From Histomonas meleagridis 2922-C6/04-290x (lineage: Eukaryota > Protista > Parabasalia), in NCBI GenBank assembly GCA_020184695.1, contig JAANOX010000258.1, forward strand, positions 372,001-436,000: DNA of 64,000 nucleotides. The letters are read 5' to 3'. The notes below the pieces were generated by a model that did no database searches, was not told where the DNA came from, and saw nothing but the letters and a program-made list of their open reading frames with translations. Of the stretch, positions 41,301-52,151 are shown in pieces. Position 1 is the first letter of the stretch; every line of letters begins with the position of its first letter. Both the position numbers and the translations under genes were made by a program.

Positions 41301-42215
41301 GGTATGGAAGGTATGAAAGTATATAACATTACATCGAAAGATACAAGTAATAGTACACATGTCGATGTCTTCTCTGTAGCAAGTGGACATTTATACGAAC
41401 GATTATTAAAGATTATGATGTTAGCAATTCGTCGAAACTCGAAATATAATGTTAAGTTTTGGATCATTAAAGCGTTCTTATCACCACAATTCAAAGCGAC
41501 GTTACCAATAATGGCGAAGAAGTATAACTTCTCATATCAATTAGTATCATATAAATGGCCGAATTGGTTACGTCCACAATTCGAAAAGCAACGAATCATA
41601 TGGGGTAACAAAATCTTGTTCTTAGATGTGTTATTCCCATTAGACCTAGAACGTGTAATATATATTGATTCTGATCAAATAGTTCGTACTGATTTGATCG
41701 AATTAATGAGAATGGACTTTAATGGAGCTCCTTACGCATTCACACCAATGTGCGATAGTCGAAAGGAAACTGAACCTTATCGATTCTGGAAGCAAGGATA
41801 TTGGCTAAATCACTTGAACGGTAAGAAGTATCATATCTCGGCATTGTTCGCTATTGATTTGGCGAGGTTTAGACAAATGGCTGCTGGCGATTGGCTAAGA
41901 TATCATTACCAACAATTGTCGGCTGACCCGAACTCACTCGCAAACTTGGATCAAGACTTACCAAACTATGCACAAGACCATATCCCAATTTATACCCTGC
42001 CGCAGAATTGGTTATGGTGCGAAACTTGGTGCAGCGATGAAACTATGGACGAGGCTAAAACTATCGACTTGTGTAATAACCCATTGACCAAACGACCAAA
42101 ACTTGAAATAGCACAAACAAGAGTTAAGGAATGGCCAGGTTTGGATGAGGAGGCAAGAAACATTAGCGCAGGACCTGACGAATATGAAAAATATTTCTTC
42201 CCTGATAAAGAGTGA
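38328..42215 (+). CDS. UGGT: UDP-glucose:glycoprotein glucosyltransferase
   Basis: Signal peptide, LRGFGIEM, and a GT24 domain: VFSVASGHLYERLLKIMM, KILFLDVLFPL, DSDQIVRTDL, NLDQDLPN, WLWCETWC, KTIDLCNNP. Confidence 0.96.
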   Translation: MFCLVLLALTKSTFRPDHAVSLGVVAPWYGIPYFEQVISYFTDVSEDFAKLLIKEVIEAGAIENETYIMEKAQSLLSPDEFALFKGKMDIGFYLPRTELYIATAKDMCGTSYPDLFGVGKELLNIPIVNEKVEFYDFDLILGEPETAVYANLHNETVSKLILEMINSDISFALRPIGKTNEFGIPLRGFGIEMRPFKYSMEYGVKDSIVLDAVNNNNNTDLHDKTVSKVKGIPNSYVNTSDIKNFGNRFSGFVRKQLQEGNDLIETLRDVTNNFPLFMGEIINSSDDRNGYTPVSELIRPGTTISVINGRTVPLGTLDIFTLLNIITEEKNIRNILEGSYKLSSEQIDRLLNIKLGNKGNFVLRLDSKYVHYYNDLETDPTYSSWSNSVKDFILSKSQVPEVRKNLLNEILIVDPSTNRGLSQIFTFTFLVEDKFPVHLGFIPHFTLSNRLSRKVAYAFYYLSQKSDRLAIQFLVDTVKYCGIDESTGLLNKVNEKHYATSYINIIKRINEKCLSWDELHELYDDESKETKLIEATQNYLLKIGIETETCLINGREFSLLNYGIQGLLYELQRLLTFLQQIVRQNNIQTFEGIDFYDIMSYQFAIVPTFDTKILFDKPVSIDITHKTLSQQQMLLEYLRNIEWNYTDEGRIGSFYILFSENETEINDFIKFAKENHSVPANFVINPEITDKIKNLINYHNNETLLIANGRIFTSFNYDQLLLIEIWIKHFIYDRISKNLNIIKYKRNEVLMYLSFIICDWRNDNVNRRFVNSKVFTIESPLVYTNNNNNEGIHWDLILDPFTRDFQRVSDIIYYVSKNNIIDVRLIVIPQQTIHEPILTYYRNSITENNVIFTMLNDTTTYSVMPDMPDSWIYESMKASVDLDNILLKELTSTIHEGKYILTNIKADGLCEDNNGDYTGGAELALYNNHNDKISDTIVMMSGYWQLSANPGIFKIDLGGSRSKMIYEMITKQIIVSSFAQKSNKIFLNINEGMEGMKVYNITSKDTSNSTHVDVFSVASGHLYERLLKIMMLAIRRNSKYNVKFWIIKAFLSPQFKATLPIMAKKYNFSYQLVSYKWPNWLRPQFEKQRIIWGNKILFLDVLFPLDLERVIYIDSDQIVRTDLIELMRMDFNGAPYAFTPMCDSRKETEPYRFWKQGYWLNHLNGKKYHISALFAIDLARFRQMAAGDWLRYHYQQLSADPNSLANLDQDLPNYAQDHIPIYTLPQNWLWCETWCSDETMDEAKTIDLCNNPLTKRPKLEIAQTRVKEWPGLDEEARNISAGPDEYEKYFFPDKE

Positions 42216-42734
42216 TAATAAAAAAGAATTAATTGAATGTTTTGGCGAAGATTGTGAAATGTAAAACATTTTGCGTATAAATTCCCATTTTGATCAATCA
42301 GTAAAAATTGTGTCAAAAAAAAATGTTTGATATGAATCATCTAAATATGTCTTTTTTAGTGGTTTTGTTAGGATTCAGCCTCTTTTTTGGAGATATTAAT
42401 AATATTTCATAATTTCAATGATAAAATATAATTTATTTTCAGAAATTTAATTAAAAAAAATTTTACTTATTATATATTGAAAAATTCATTATTAATCATA
42501 GATCAGGTTATAAACAAAAATTACTTAATAATTTTGAGAAAAATTGATTTTGATATGTAAAAAAAAATATGTTTGCATTTATCATTTTATGAATATAATG
42601 GATTTATGATAATTTGAAAGAAATTTTACCAACATTATTTTGTTGATGGGGTATCGGTTCCAATGCCTATCGGATGTCATTTTTTTTGTACTGACAATTG
42701 TATTTTCTCACAAATATTTTGGACACTTTTATTG

Positions 42735-44990
42735 ATGGAACTCTCGAAATCATTAGAATCCATTGTCTTTAATCTAAACGAAAAAAATTTCGAAAAGTCA
42801 GTTCAAGCAACAATTAATTTATTTGTAGGTAGGCTGCCATATACATTTAACTATATTGTTTCCAGACTGATATATTCAGCTTTTGTTTCCCAAACAAATA
42901 ATGAAAATATATATATTAAATATTTATTAACTTTAAAAGAAAAAGAAGATGAAAAAAATAAAAACAAAATTGAAACTGAAGCTGATCTTGTGAACATATT
43001 TTGTAAACATTTACTGAGAATAGAAAAGCAAGAATCATATTTTCTTCTTGAAAAGATGATAGAAGAAAAAATAATTGAACCATCTTCAGTAAAGAACATG
43101 AACACATTTTATTTTTCTCAATATAAAACAAAAGAAGAAATAAATGAATTAAAGAACAAATATCCAAAACCACAATTCTTTGAAAAATTTATTTCAGCAC
43201 TTGATGAATTATCAAAAGATAATTGGAAATTTCATATGCAATATGTAAAAGAATGAGTTAATCCATTAGAAATTGCGAAAGTACTTCGAAATGATGATTT
43301 AGAAAAGCTTCAAGAAATATCATCAAATAATGAATTTGACTTTAATCAAATAATTGAGCCATCACTTTATGAAAGATGTTCATTTGTTAATACTGAAAAT
43401 GTTTCATTAATTGATTATTGTGCATTTTTTTGTTCGATTAAATGTTTTAAATATTTGTTATTAAATAATTTGGATATCATAAATACATCTAAATATGCAA
43501 TTGCAGGTGGAAACTTAGAAATTATTCATTTATGTGAACAAAATAATTCATCATTTGAAAACGCATATGAAACAGCAATAGAATTTCATCGAAATGAAAT
43601 TTTTATTTATCTTTATGAAAATAAAATTGGAAAAATTTCCAATGATATTGAAAATCAAGATAAATGTAATTTAAGTAAAGAAAATTTGGTATATCTTGGG
43701 AAAAAATGTATAAAGTTTAATAATTATGAAATCTTCATGTTTTTAGAAAAAGAAGGAATGAAAATGAATAATGAAATTATAGAAGAAATAGCATCAAAAG
43801 GAAATACATTTGTAATAGAAAGTGATATAGAAAGTCAACAAATTCCAAATACAATTTTACCATATTCAGTTAAATCAGGAAATATCGAAATAGTAAAATT
43901 ACTTTTAGACAAAGGAATTGATGTTAATGCAAAAACTATTCATTTGAATAATTTGATATATTTTTTAATAATTTTGGATATGTTTTAATAATTTGAAATA
44001 TGTTTTAATAATTTGAAATATGTTTTAATAATTTGAGACAGCACTTCATATAGCAGTTAGAAATAATAATATAGAAATCGTAAAATTACTTTTAGATAAA
44101 GAAGGAATTGATGTTAATGCAAAAAATATTCATTTGAATAATTTTATATATGTTTTAATAATTTGAAATATGTTTTAATAATTTGAAATATGTTTTAATA
44201 ATTTGAGACAGCACTTCATATAGCAGTTAGAAATAATAATATAGAAATAGTAAAATTACTTTTAGATAAAGGAATTGATGTTAATGCAAAAAATATTCAT
44301 TTTAATAATTTTATATATGTTTTAATAATTTGAAATATGTTTTAATAATTTTATATATGTTTTAATAATTTGAGACAGCACTTCATATAGCAGTTAGAAA
44401 TAATAATATAGAAATAGTAAAATTACTTTTAGATAAAGGAATTGATGTTAATGCAAAAAATATTCATTTGAATAATTTATAATATGTTTTAATAATTTTA
44501 TATATGTTTTAATAATTTGAAATATGTTTTAATAATTTGAAATATGTTATAATAATTTGAAACAGCACTTCATATAGCAGTTAGAAATAATAATATAGAA
44601 ATAGTAAAATTACTTTTAGATAAAGGAATTGATGTTAATGCAAAAAATATTCATTTTAATAATTTTATATATGTTTTAATAATTTTGGATATGTTTTAAT
44701 AATTTGAAATATGTTTTAATAATTTGAAATATGTTTTAATAATTTGGAATATGTTTTAATAATTTGAGACAGCACTTCATATAGCAGTTGGAAATAATAA
44801 TATAGAAATAGTAAAATTACTTTTAGATAAAGGAATTGATGTTAATGCAAAAAATATTCATTTTAATAATTTGATATATGTTTTAATAATTTGGAATATG
44901 TTTAAATAATTTGAGACAGCACTTCATATAGCAGTTAAAAATAATAATATAGAAATAGCGAAATTACTTACAGATAAAAAAAACCTGTAG
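42735..44990 (+). pseudogene. DUF3447-type ankyrin gene with premature TGA and six spacer-interrupted ankyrin modules
   Basis: The 42663 and 43455 ORFs share one frame, split by TGA at 43254-43256 (paralog at 48 kb has GGA). DYCAFF.SIKCFKYL..YAIAGGNLEIIHLCEQ is followed by repeated FETALHIAVRNNNIEIVKLLLDKGIDVNAKNIH modules. Confidence 0.8.
43944..44909 (+). repeat. Higher-order tandem repeat: 99-nt ankyrin modules alternating with 2-5 copies of a 20-mer (AATAATTTGAAATATGTTTT)
   Basis: Spacers at 43944-44031, 44134-44201, 44301-44368, 44468-44555, 44655-44762 and 44862-44909 are 88, 68, 68, 88, 108 and 48 nt (8+20n, n=4,3,3,4,5,2). Confidence 0.95.
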
Positions 44991-45559
44991 ACCAACAACA
45001 AAATTTTATATAAATCATAAAATTTTATATATTTTGTTAGTAAATTGAAATTTGAACATATATTCAGTTCCAAAAATATGAATTAATTCAAATCTTTAAA
45101 AAAAATAGAGAAAAAAGATTTTTTCATATTAACATGATGCTGTGACAAATTAAATAAATCATTGAATTAATACTGCAGCTATAGAATTTTTGAATTGGCA
45201 ATAAAACTTTTTGATATATCTGGCCAATTTTTTTTTTACAAAGTCATGACTTATCATATATTAGTTAGTCTTATACTTTTAGTGTCAATTAGTAGTGCCA
45301 CAAGTGTTGATAATTTGTTGTTGCAAAATAAAGATAAATTGGAAACCATCGAAACTGATATGATCAATTTTACATATCACCATGATAAAATAGGGAAATT
45401 CGGGAAAAAAAAGGTTTTTCATTGAATCACTAGCTAATTATCCACTATCAGAGATTTGAGGTTTTGTTGAAAAGTATTACCAAATTTCTCATCGATGGAA
45501 TCAGTAGTAGAATTCGACAAAAAACCCATAAATTCAAGCATCTCAAGAACAATTTTATT

Positions 45560-46671
45560 AGGTTTTATCTTAATATTGATTATTATGGATTTGGTTATTG
45601 TTCTAATTTGGAAACGATAATTATTGGAGATAAATTGAAAACACTTGGAAATTGATCAAATAATAAATGTTTAAATTTGAAAAATTTCACAATTCCAAAA
45701 TCAACTATTTCAATTGGAAGAACAGTGTTTCAGTTATGTACAAGTTTAGAAACAGTGGAAATTTATGGATATTAATGATTATACATTTTTTAATTGTAGA
45801 GCATTAACAAATATAACAGTTCCCAGATCTGTTTTTTCTATTGGTAATTATGCATTCCCAGAATGTACAAGTTTAGAAACAATTACTATTGAAGGTATTT
45901 TGGAATAATTGGAAATAATGCATTTCTACGATGTTATAATTTAACATGTATAATTATTATTGTGAGAACTCACCAACTTTAGTAACGAATGCATTTTCTA
46001 ACATTAATACACAAACAATTATGGTTACATCGTCATATTTAGAATACTCATTTGGTACACTTAATGTGAGTAATACAACAATTGATGAATGCTTTCCACC
46101 AACACTCACGTTTACAAAATCAAATACATTCACACAATTGGATACATTTATAAAATCAAATGCATTTGAAGAAACATTTATTTATGATTCAACTTTTTCA
46201 TATTCTATGATTTTAACATATACTTTTTCAAATATAGAATTATTCTCATTTTTACGAACATATTTAATGGATACGTATATGCTTTCAATTATTGATTCGA
46301 TAAACGCATATATTTATACGGAATTTGTTCATTTTGAATATACAGTTGTTATTTATTTGACATATTTTAATTTTTATTCAGATTTCTATACAATTTTCCA
46401 ACATGGTGTAAAAATAGAAATAAATAACACGATTATTTATATTGTTATTGACGTTGTAATTGTAGTAATCATTATTATTACATTGCTTATAGTTTTATTA
46501 GTTAGACTTCATCGTCGTAATAATAAAATTAGTAGTGAAGAAGCTATTTAAGAAAAAGCTAATGATATCAAAGCAGGTGGTAATTTCTCAATCGGATTTA
46601 CCCAAACTAATATTGAAGAAGATCCTTTTGCAAAGGACTTTAAAGAAGATAATCTGATTAATAATATTTAA
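45560..46671 (+). pseudogene. BspA-like pseudogene (LRR fragments, TM, DPF tail)
   Basis: Broken LRRs (CSNLETIIIGDKLKTLGN, IGNYAFPECTSLETI), TM in the 45946-46551 ORF, and in-frame TAA at 46549 followed by ...EEDPFAKDFKEDNLINNI* ending at 46671. Confidence 0.8.
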
Positions 46672-46993
46672 AATATTTCTGCATATAAATTCATAAACTT
46701 AGACATGGTAAATTGAATAACAACAACACAAAAATATGTCAACATGAATTGTAGTTACAGCAATACAACTCGTTCATTCTTTAAATGGCAATCACTAATA
46801 ACAGTTGAGACTTGAGACATAATTGAAACAATTATTCGTGTTTTTTGCTTAAACCTTATATCATTTTTACCACAGTTTATTAAGCTTAATAATTGTTAAA
46901 AGCCAATTATACTGTAAGAACTCATTTTTTTTTAATAAAAATTCACATATCCAAATCAAATAATAATTATTGTTTATAATTACATTTACTGAA

Positions 46994-48604
46994 TTATGAA
47001 TCACATCTTGAAATTGATTTATCAACTTCAATACCTTCTTGTTCAAGAAGAATATCAACAATTTCTTTATACGATTTTTTTGTTGCGTGCATTAAAGCTG
47101 TAGAAAATCATTAGAAAAAACGCCAAATTTATTTTTGAAATCCAATATAAAGAAATTAATCATTAAATATATTAAATTTATATCATTTGCATGCATATCA
47201 ATTTCTTTATGAGACAAAAGTAATTTAACATTATCCACAATATTATTTTGACATGCACAAATAAGCGCTGTTTGATAATATCAAAATAAATTCCAAATAT
47301 GAAAAATAAACCCAAAATAAAAGAATTTAATATTAAATTTAACATAAAAACATTTTTTGCATTTATATCAATTCCTTTTTTTTTTTTTTTTAATTTAATT
47401 ATATCATTTCGTCCAATTTTACATGCTTGCATCAAAGCTGTATAAAACAAATTAAATAAACACTAAATATAAAAAATTAAAACAAGAAAATTTAAAAACA
47501 AATATTAAAAACATTAATAAAACATTTTTTGCATTGATATTAATTCCTTTTTGTGAAAGAATATATTTAATAAGTTCAATATTACCAGAATTTACAGAAT
47601 CAATTAAAATATCCTTTGGAATTTGTCCAATTTCTATAAAATGTTTAACAAGATAAATGTTTCCATTTCTTGCAGATTCATTAATTAATGAATTATTGAT
47701 TTTCATTCCGATTTCTTCTAAAAATGAAAGTATTTCAAAGTTATTACATTGAATACATTTTATTCCTAATTCATTTAATTCATTATTATTAATATTTATA
47801 ATTTTGTTATCATAAAGATAATAAAATATATTATTATGATGAAATTCTATTGCTGCTTCATAACTTTTAGAAAATGATGAAGAATTTTGTTCACATAAAT
47901 GTATAATTTCGAGATTTCCACCTGCAACTGCAAACCTTCCAGTGTTTAATGAATTAGATCCATTTAATAATAAAAATTTAAAACATTTAACTGATCCAAA
48001 AAATGCTGAATAATCTATAAGTGAAACACCGACATTATTAACAAAAGAACACATTTCATATAATGATGGCTCAATTTTTTGATTAAAATTAAAATTATTT
48101 TGTGATGTAATATCTTGTAACATTTCTAGATCATCATTACGAAGTGCAATTGTTATTTTCGTTGGATTTACTCCTTCTTGAATACATTTTATATGATTTT
48201 TCCAATTGTCTTTAGAAAGATCTTGAATATTTGGTACAAATTGTCCTTTACGTCTAAGAATAGCAACACATGAATCTTTTGTGTTGTTTATTTCTTCTTC
48301 TGACATGTGATGTAAAAAATAAACTTCTGATTTTTTAATTAATTTTGGTTCAATTAATTTTGTCTTCAATCATTTTTTCTAGAAAATACATTTTTGCATC
48401 CTTCCTTTGAGATAAAAAGGACGAGTAAATTAGTCTGTTAATTATTGTTTGAAAAGAATATGGAAAAGAATCATCATACAAATCAATAACAGATTGTATT
48501 GTCTCTTTAAAATTAGTCTCATTTAAACCAAAAATAATACGTTCTAGTGATTGAAGTAAATGTTTTTTGGCTGGAAAATCAAAGCCTTTGCTCTTGTTTT
48601 CCAT
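46994..48604 (-). pseudogene. DUF3447-type ankyrin gene, frameshifted, with three spacer-interrupted ankyrin modules
   Basis: ATG 48604, +1 shift in an A run near 48360, DYSAFFGSVKCFKFLL..AGGNLEIIHLCEQ. Then modules FYTALMQAC..., YQTALICAC... and FSTALMHAT... separated by 70, 68 and 68 nt AT-rich spacers. Confidence 0.75.
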
Positions 48605-48898
48605 TTTTTTTATTCCAAACAAAAAATTAAAAAATTTATTTCACATTGAATTGAAAATAATCGTTCATTTTATTACAAAACAGTTTTATTAAGACAAAAA
48701 TTCTTCATCATTTCTCAAAGCACTAAAATCATTATTTAGTATGAAAAGAATACTAAATTTTACAGCATATCAATATATATTTTATAATCAAAATAATCAA
48801 CAAATTTGAAATTCAATTAAAAACTTTGATTATCTTTGCGCATTTCTTTAAATTTATTTTATGTTGATCCGTGCGCTTAATTTTTTGCCTTTAACTAC

Positions 48899-49396
48899 TT
48901 ATGCTGCAACAGTTTTTTCCATGATGTAATCATCCATCACAAAACCATTTCCAATGTCAGCCACTTGTGTGCGGATTGTTTGGAATCCTTTTTTCTTGTA
49001 AACAGCAATAGTTGGTTCGTTATTCTTGTTGACAGTGAGCCATATAGATTTAAGACCTTCTTTTTTACAAAGGTCATCCAAAAATTGAAGAGTATTGCTT
49101 GCATATCCATGGCCTCTATAAGGTTTCAAAATATAAATTTTACTTAAAAATAACTTACCGTCTTCAGATTTGATACCAGTGTAACCAATTTTAGTTCCAT
49201 CTAGTTCTAGGAAGAAGTATCTATAACCTTGGTTATTTAATTGGTCAGTAAGTGCAGGAACAGATTGAAACTTTTCGACCATATAATCGATTTGTTCACT
49301 TGATAGTATGCAAGGAAAATACTCATGCCATACTGTGTCAGCTAACTTTGCGAGTTCATTGATTTCTTCAGTAGTTTTAACTTGCTTGATAATCAT
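48899..49396 (-). CDS. GNAT-family acetyltransferase, bacterial type
   Basis: LFLSKIYILKPYRGHGYAS (motif A), IWLTVNKNNEPTIAVYKKKGF (motif B) and DIGNGFVMDDYIMEK. Confidence 0.92.
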   Translation of the reverse strand: MIIKQVKTTEEINELAKLADTVWHEYFPCILSSEQIDYMVEKFQSVPALTDQLNNQGYRYFFLELDGTKIGYTGIKSEDGKLFLSKIYILKPYRGHGYASNTLQFLDDLCKKEGLKSIWLTVNKNNEPTIAVYKKKGFQTIRTQVADIGNGFVMDDYIMEKTVAA

Positions 49397-49453
49397 TGGT
49401 CCGAAGTAAACGTTCTCCCCGACTTTTTAAACATTGAATTTTGTAACGTACAA

Positions 49454-52037
49454 ATGGATGATGAAATTCTTTCTTCATTGAAATCAAGAAGACATGAAGA
49501 AGAACAATGCTTAGAACTCCTTAGTAAAAACAGAGTAATCCTTCAATCTAAATGTACGAATGAAATTGATAATTATATGAACAATTTTTTAGGAAGTTAT
49601 TTATATAAACGAATATGCAAACCCATCTAAACCAGAAATTGAATTAAAAACCAGAACTCAAGAAATCTTATTCCAATAAAAACGATTTTATTCAAAATCG
49701 AATTTCAAGAAATGAAGAATATATTATTCAACGAAAATATGATTTTGCTATTTCACAAAAGCGTGTTCAACAACTTATTCAAAAACTTAAAGAAGAATAT
49801 GAATTCAATGTTCAACATCACCTTAAACTTTGTGATTATTGGAAAAATAACATTGAAAATCAATCAAATACATTAACACAAGAATATGTTAAAGAAACAA
49901 TTGAACAAATCACTACAACATCTCTTCAACTCATTGGTATCTCAGATATTTTATCATTCATCCCACGGTTTTATACATCTATTGTTACATTTTTCACACA
50001 GAAAAGCATTTCATTTGACTTTGAGCATATTTCTATACCGGAATTTTCTGTTCGTAGTTATTCTAAGGCACTTCGCACTTCCACATATAAACTAATCACA
50101 ACGCTTTTACATTGTTGTGATCCAAATTCTGTAATGCCAGAACTCGCACGTCGTCGCTGTCGTTCTGTTTGTATTCTTTTTAAACCTCTTCTTTTCACTG
50201 ATGAAGATTTAGCGCATATTTCCGAGTGCGTTGGTTTTAAACCCATTTTTGCAAATCAATTTGAAAATCGCATTGATGAGCTATTTAATGAACTTATTGC
50301 ATGTGAAGAAGATTGTTTTGTTTTTGGTTTTCCACATACTATTGAAGAATATAATTCTCTTTCAGAAAAGTTTCGTCCTGTTCCAACAAATGGGAATAAA
50401 CTCACGAATCTTTTGCCTCTTCCGAATCCTTCAGTTATGAATCCATTTGATATGATTATTGAACTCGATATTTCGAATGAAATAATTTTACGCGATGTGT
50501 TATCACAAGTATATAACACAGAAACTAATGAACAATATGATATTCGAAACATTAATTTGAACACAGAATCAGAAATTGTAAAACTTGAAAATGTTCCAGA
50601 TCCAAAATTTGATATAATTCAATTTCCATTACGTACATCCACAATGAAAACAAATTTCCAAATTATTCAACAAAAATTTTCAAACATTTATCATAAGATC
50701 GAATTAAACACAAGAGAAATAAACGGCGATTTAATAAATAAAATAAAAGAACTTGTTTCAAATATTCAAACGCCAACTGAACCTTCATATCCAACAGATG
50801 TAATGTTTCAAACACTTTTGGAGCCAATTCAATCATTGTCAGATGAAATCAAAACATTTTTTGTTGAACATTGGAACACAATTCATCAAACATATGAAAG
50901 CACTGTTTCAAATATATTTACAGTAATTAACTCAACACATTTAAAACTGATTAAACATCTTCAAAATGCGCGAAATGAAATGCGCGAATTCCTTTTACGT
51001 CCAAGTTCATCGCAAAGCCTTGTTTTTGTTTTTTCAGCAATGGCATTGTAGTCAAGTTGAAAGAGGAATGAGAAAAGTTCAAAAAGTTAAAGACGAATGT
51101 TTTATTCGTTTAAATGCACTTCATGACTCACTAATTCAAATCGAAAACGAACGTAAATCAGAAGAAGAAATTAAGCAAAAGGAACTATTTGACATACCAT
51201 TGCGAACAGCACTTTTTTGAAATTATAAACAACTGTTTCACATATTTAACACAAGCTGAAATTGATCGATGGACATCAACGAATTCATTAATTTCAGATT
51301 TAAATCAAATACTTACAAACACTGATTTAGTTACACCAATTCCACGAAAGAAATTAAATCTTTATGTTGATCCTTCACATTTAAGTCAACGAAAAGGTTT
51401 CAAAAAAGTTCGAATCAGCGGATCGAACAAACCTAAAACAGAAGACAAAACGCAAACATTTGAATCACCACTTTATGAGCAAATAGAAGGAATTAAAAAA
51501 TATATTTCTGATGCATCACTTACATATGTTCATACGACGACACCAATTTCAACGCGCACACGAAACAGACTTATAAGAGAAAAGAATCCATTTATATTAT
51601 CAAAAATAAATGGAACAGACGAAATTATTAGTGCGCTATCAGATGATGATTCATATTTAATAACAGTTCTGGAACAAATATCAGAAATGTTAAGTTATGA
51701 GCTTCAAGTCATCCAAAAATCATTTGAATCATTTTCAACAGATTCCACAGAATGGATTCAAAGTAATTACGAAACGCGAAAAAGTGTTGTTGAAACAGCG
51801 GTTGGTTACATGATGAGAAAAGTCGGGGAAGAATCACAATTAAATCATTTAATAATATTAGATAAAGATAAATGTACGATAGATTTCACACAATTAATTG
51901 TTGAAGATGAAGAAAGTCCGAAAATTCCGCAACGTTTTCCATCAGAGATGATTCAAGTTGCAGAAACAGGAAACCCAGAAGAAGTACTTCAACAAATATT
52001 GACATTTGAAACAAAATATAAAAATACGTCACGATGA
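49454..52037 (+). pseudogene. Fragmented SPEF2/CPC1-like protein (coiled coil + adenylate-kinase-like domain)
   Basis: FVFGFPHTIEEY...FDMIIELDISNEIIL...QVYNTETNEQYDI resembles the ADK-like lid region of SPEF2. ORFs 49382, 50134, 50966 and 51189 join via shifts in T runs. Confidence 0.45.
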
Positions 52038-52151
52038 TAAACTCCATTTAATGTTTGAATAAAATAATGTAATTTAACAATTTTATTTGGAAATATTTTT
52101 ATTTTTTAAATGTCAAAAAAATGATTCTGTTTTAACGGTCACCACAAATTC

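Noticed and set aside
44134-44207. Canonical GT-AG intron reading of the ankyrin spacers (TAT|GTTTT...TTTGAG|ACA)
   Set aside because: It works in frame for some units (giving 37-aa repeats) but fails for spacer 1 (no phase-0 GT) and spacer 4 (TAA before the GT). There is no GTATGT or ACTAAC consensus. Not excluded for individual units.
43944-44909. CRISPR-like repeat-spacer appearance
   Set aside because: The constant units encode ankyrin repeats and the spacers are copies of one 20-mer rather than unique sequences. The context is eukaryotic with no cas genes.
47376-47391. T16 run (poly-Lys in the ankyrin module) as a retroposition scar
   Set aside because: No target-site duplication. It is in frame within a module and best explained by slippage or homopolymer error.
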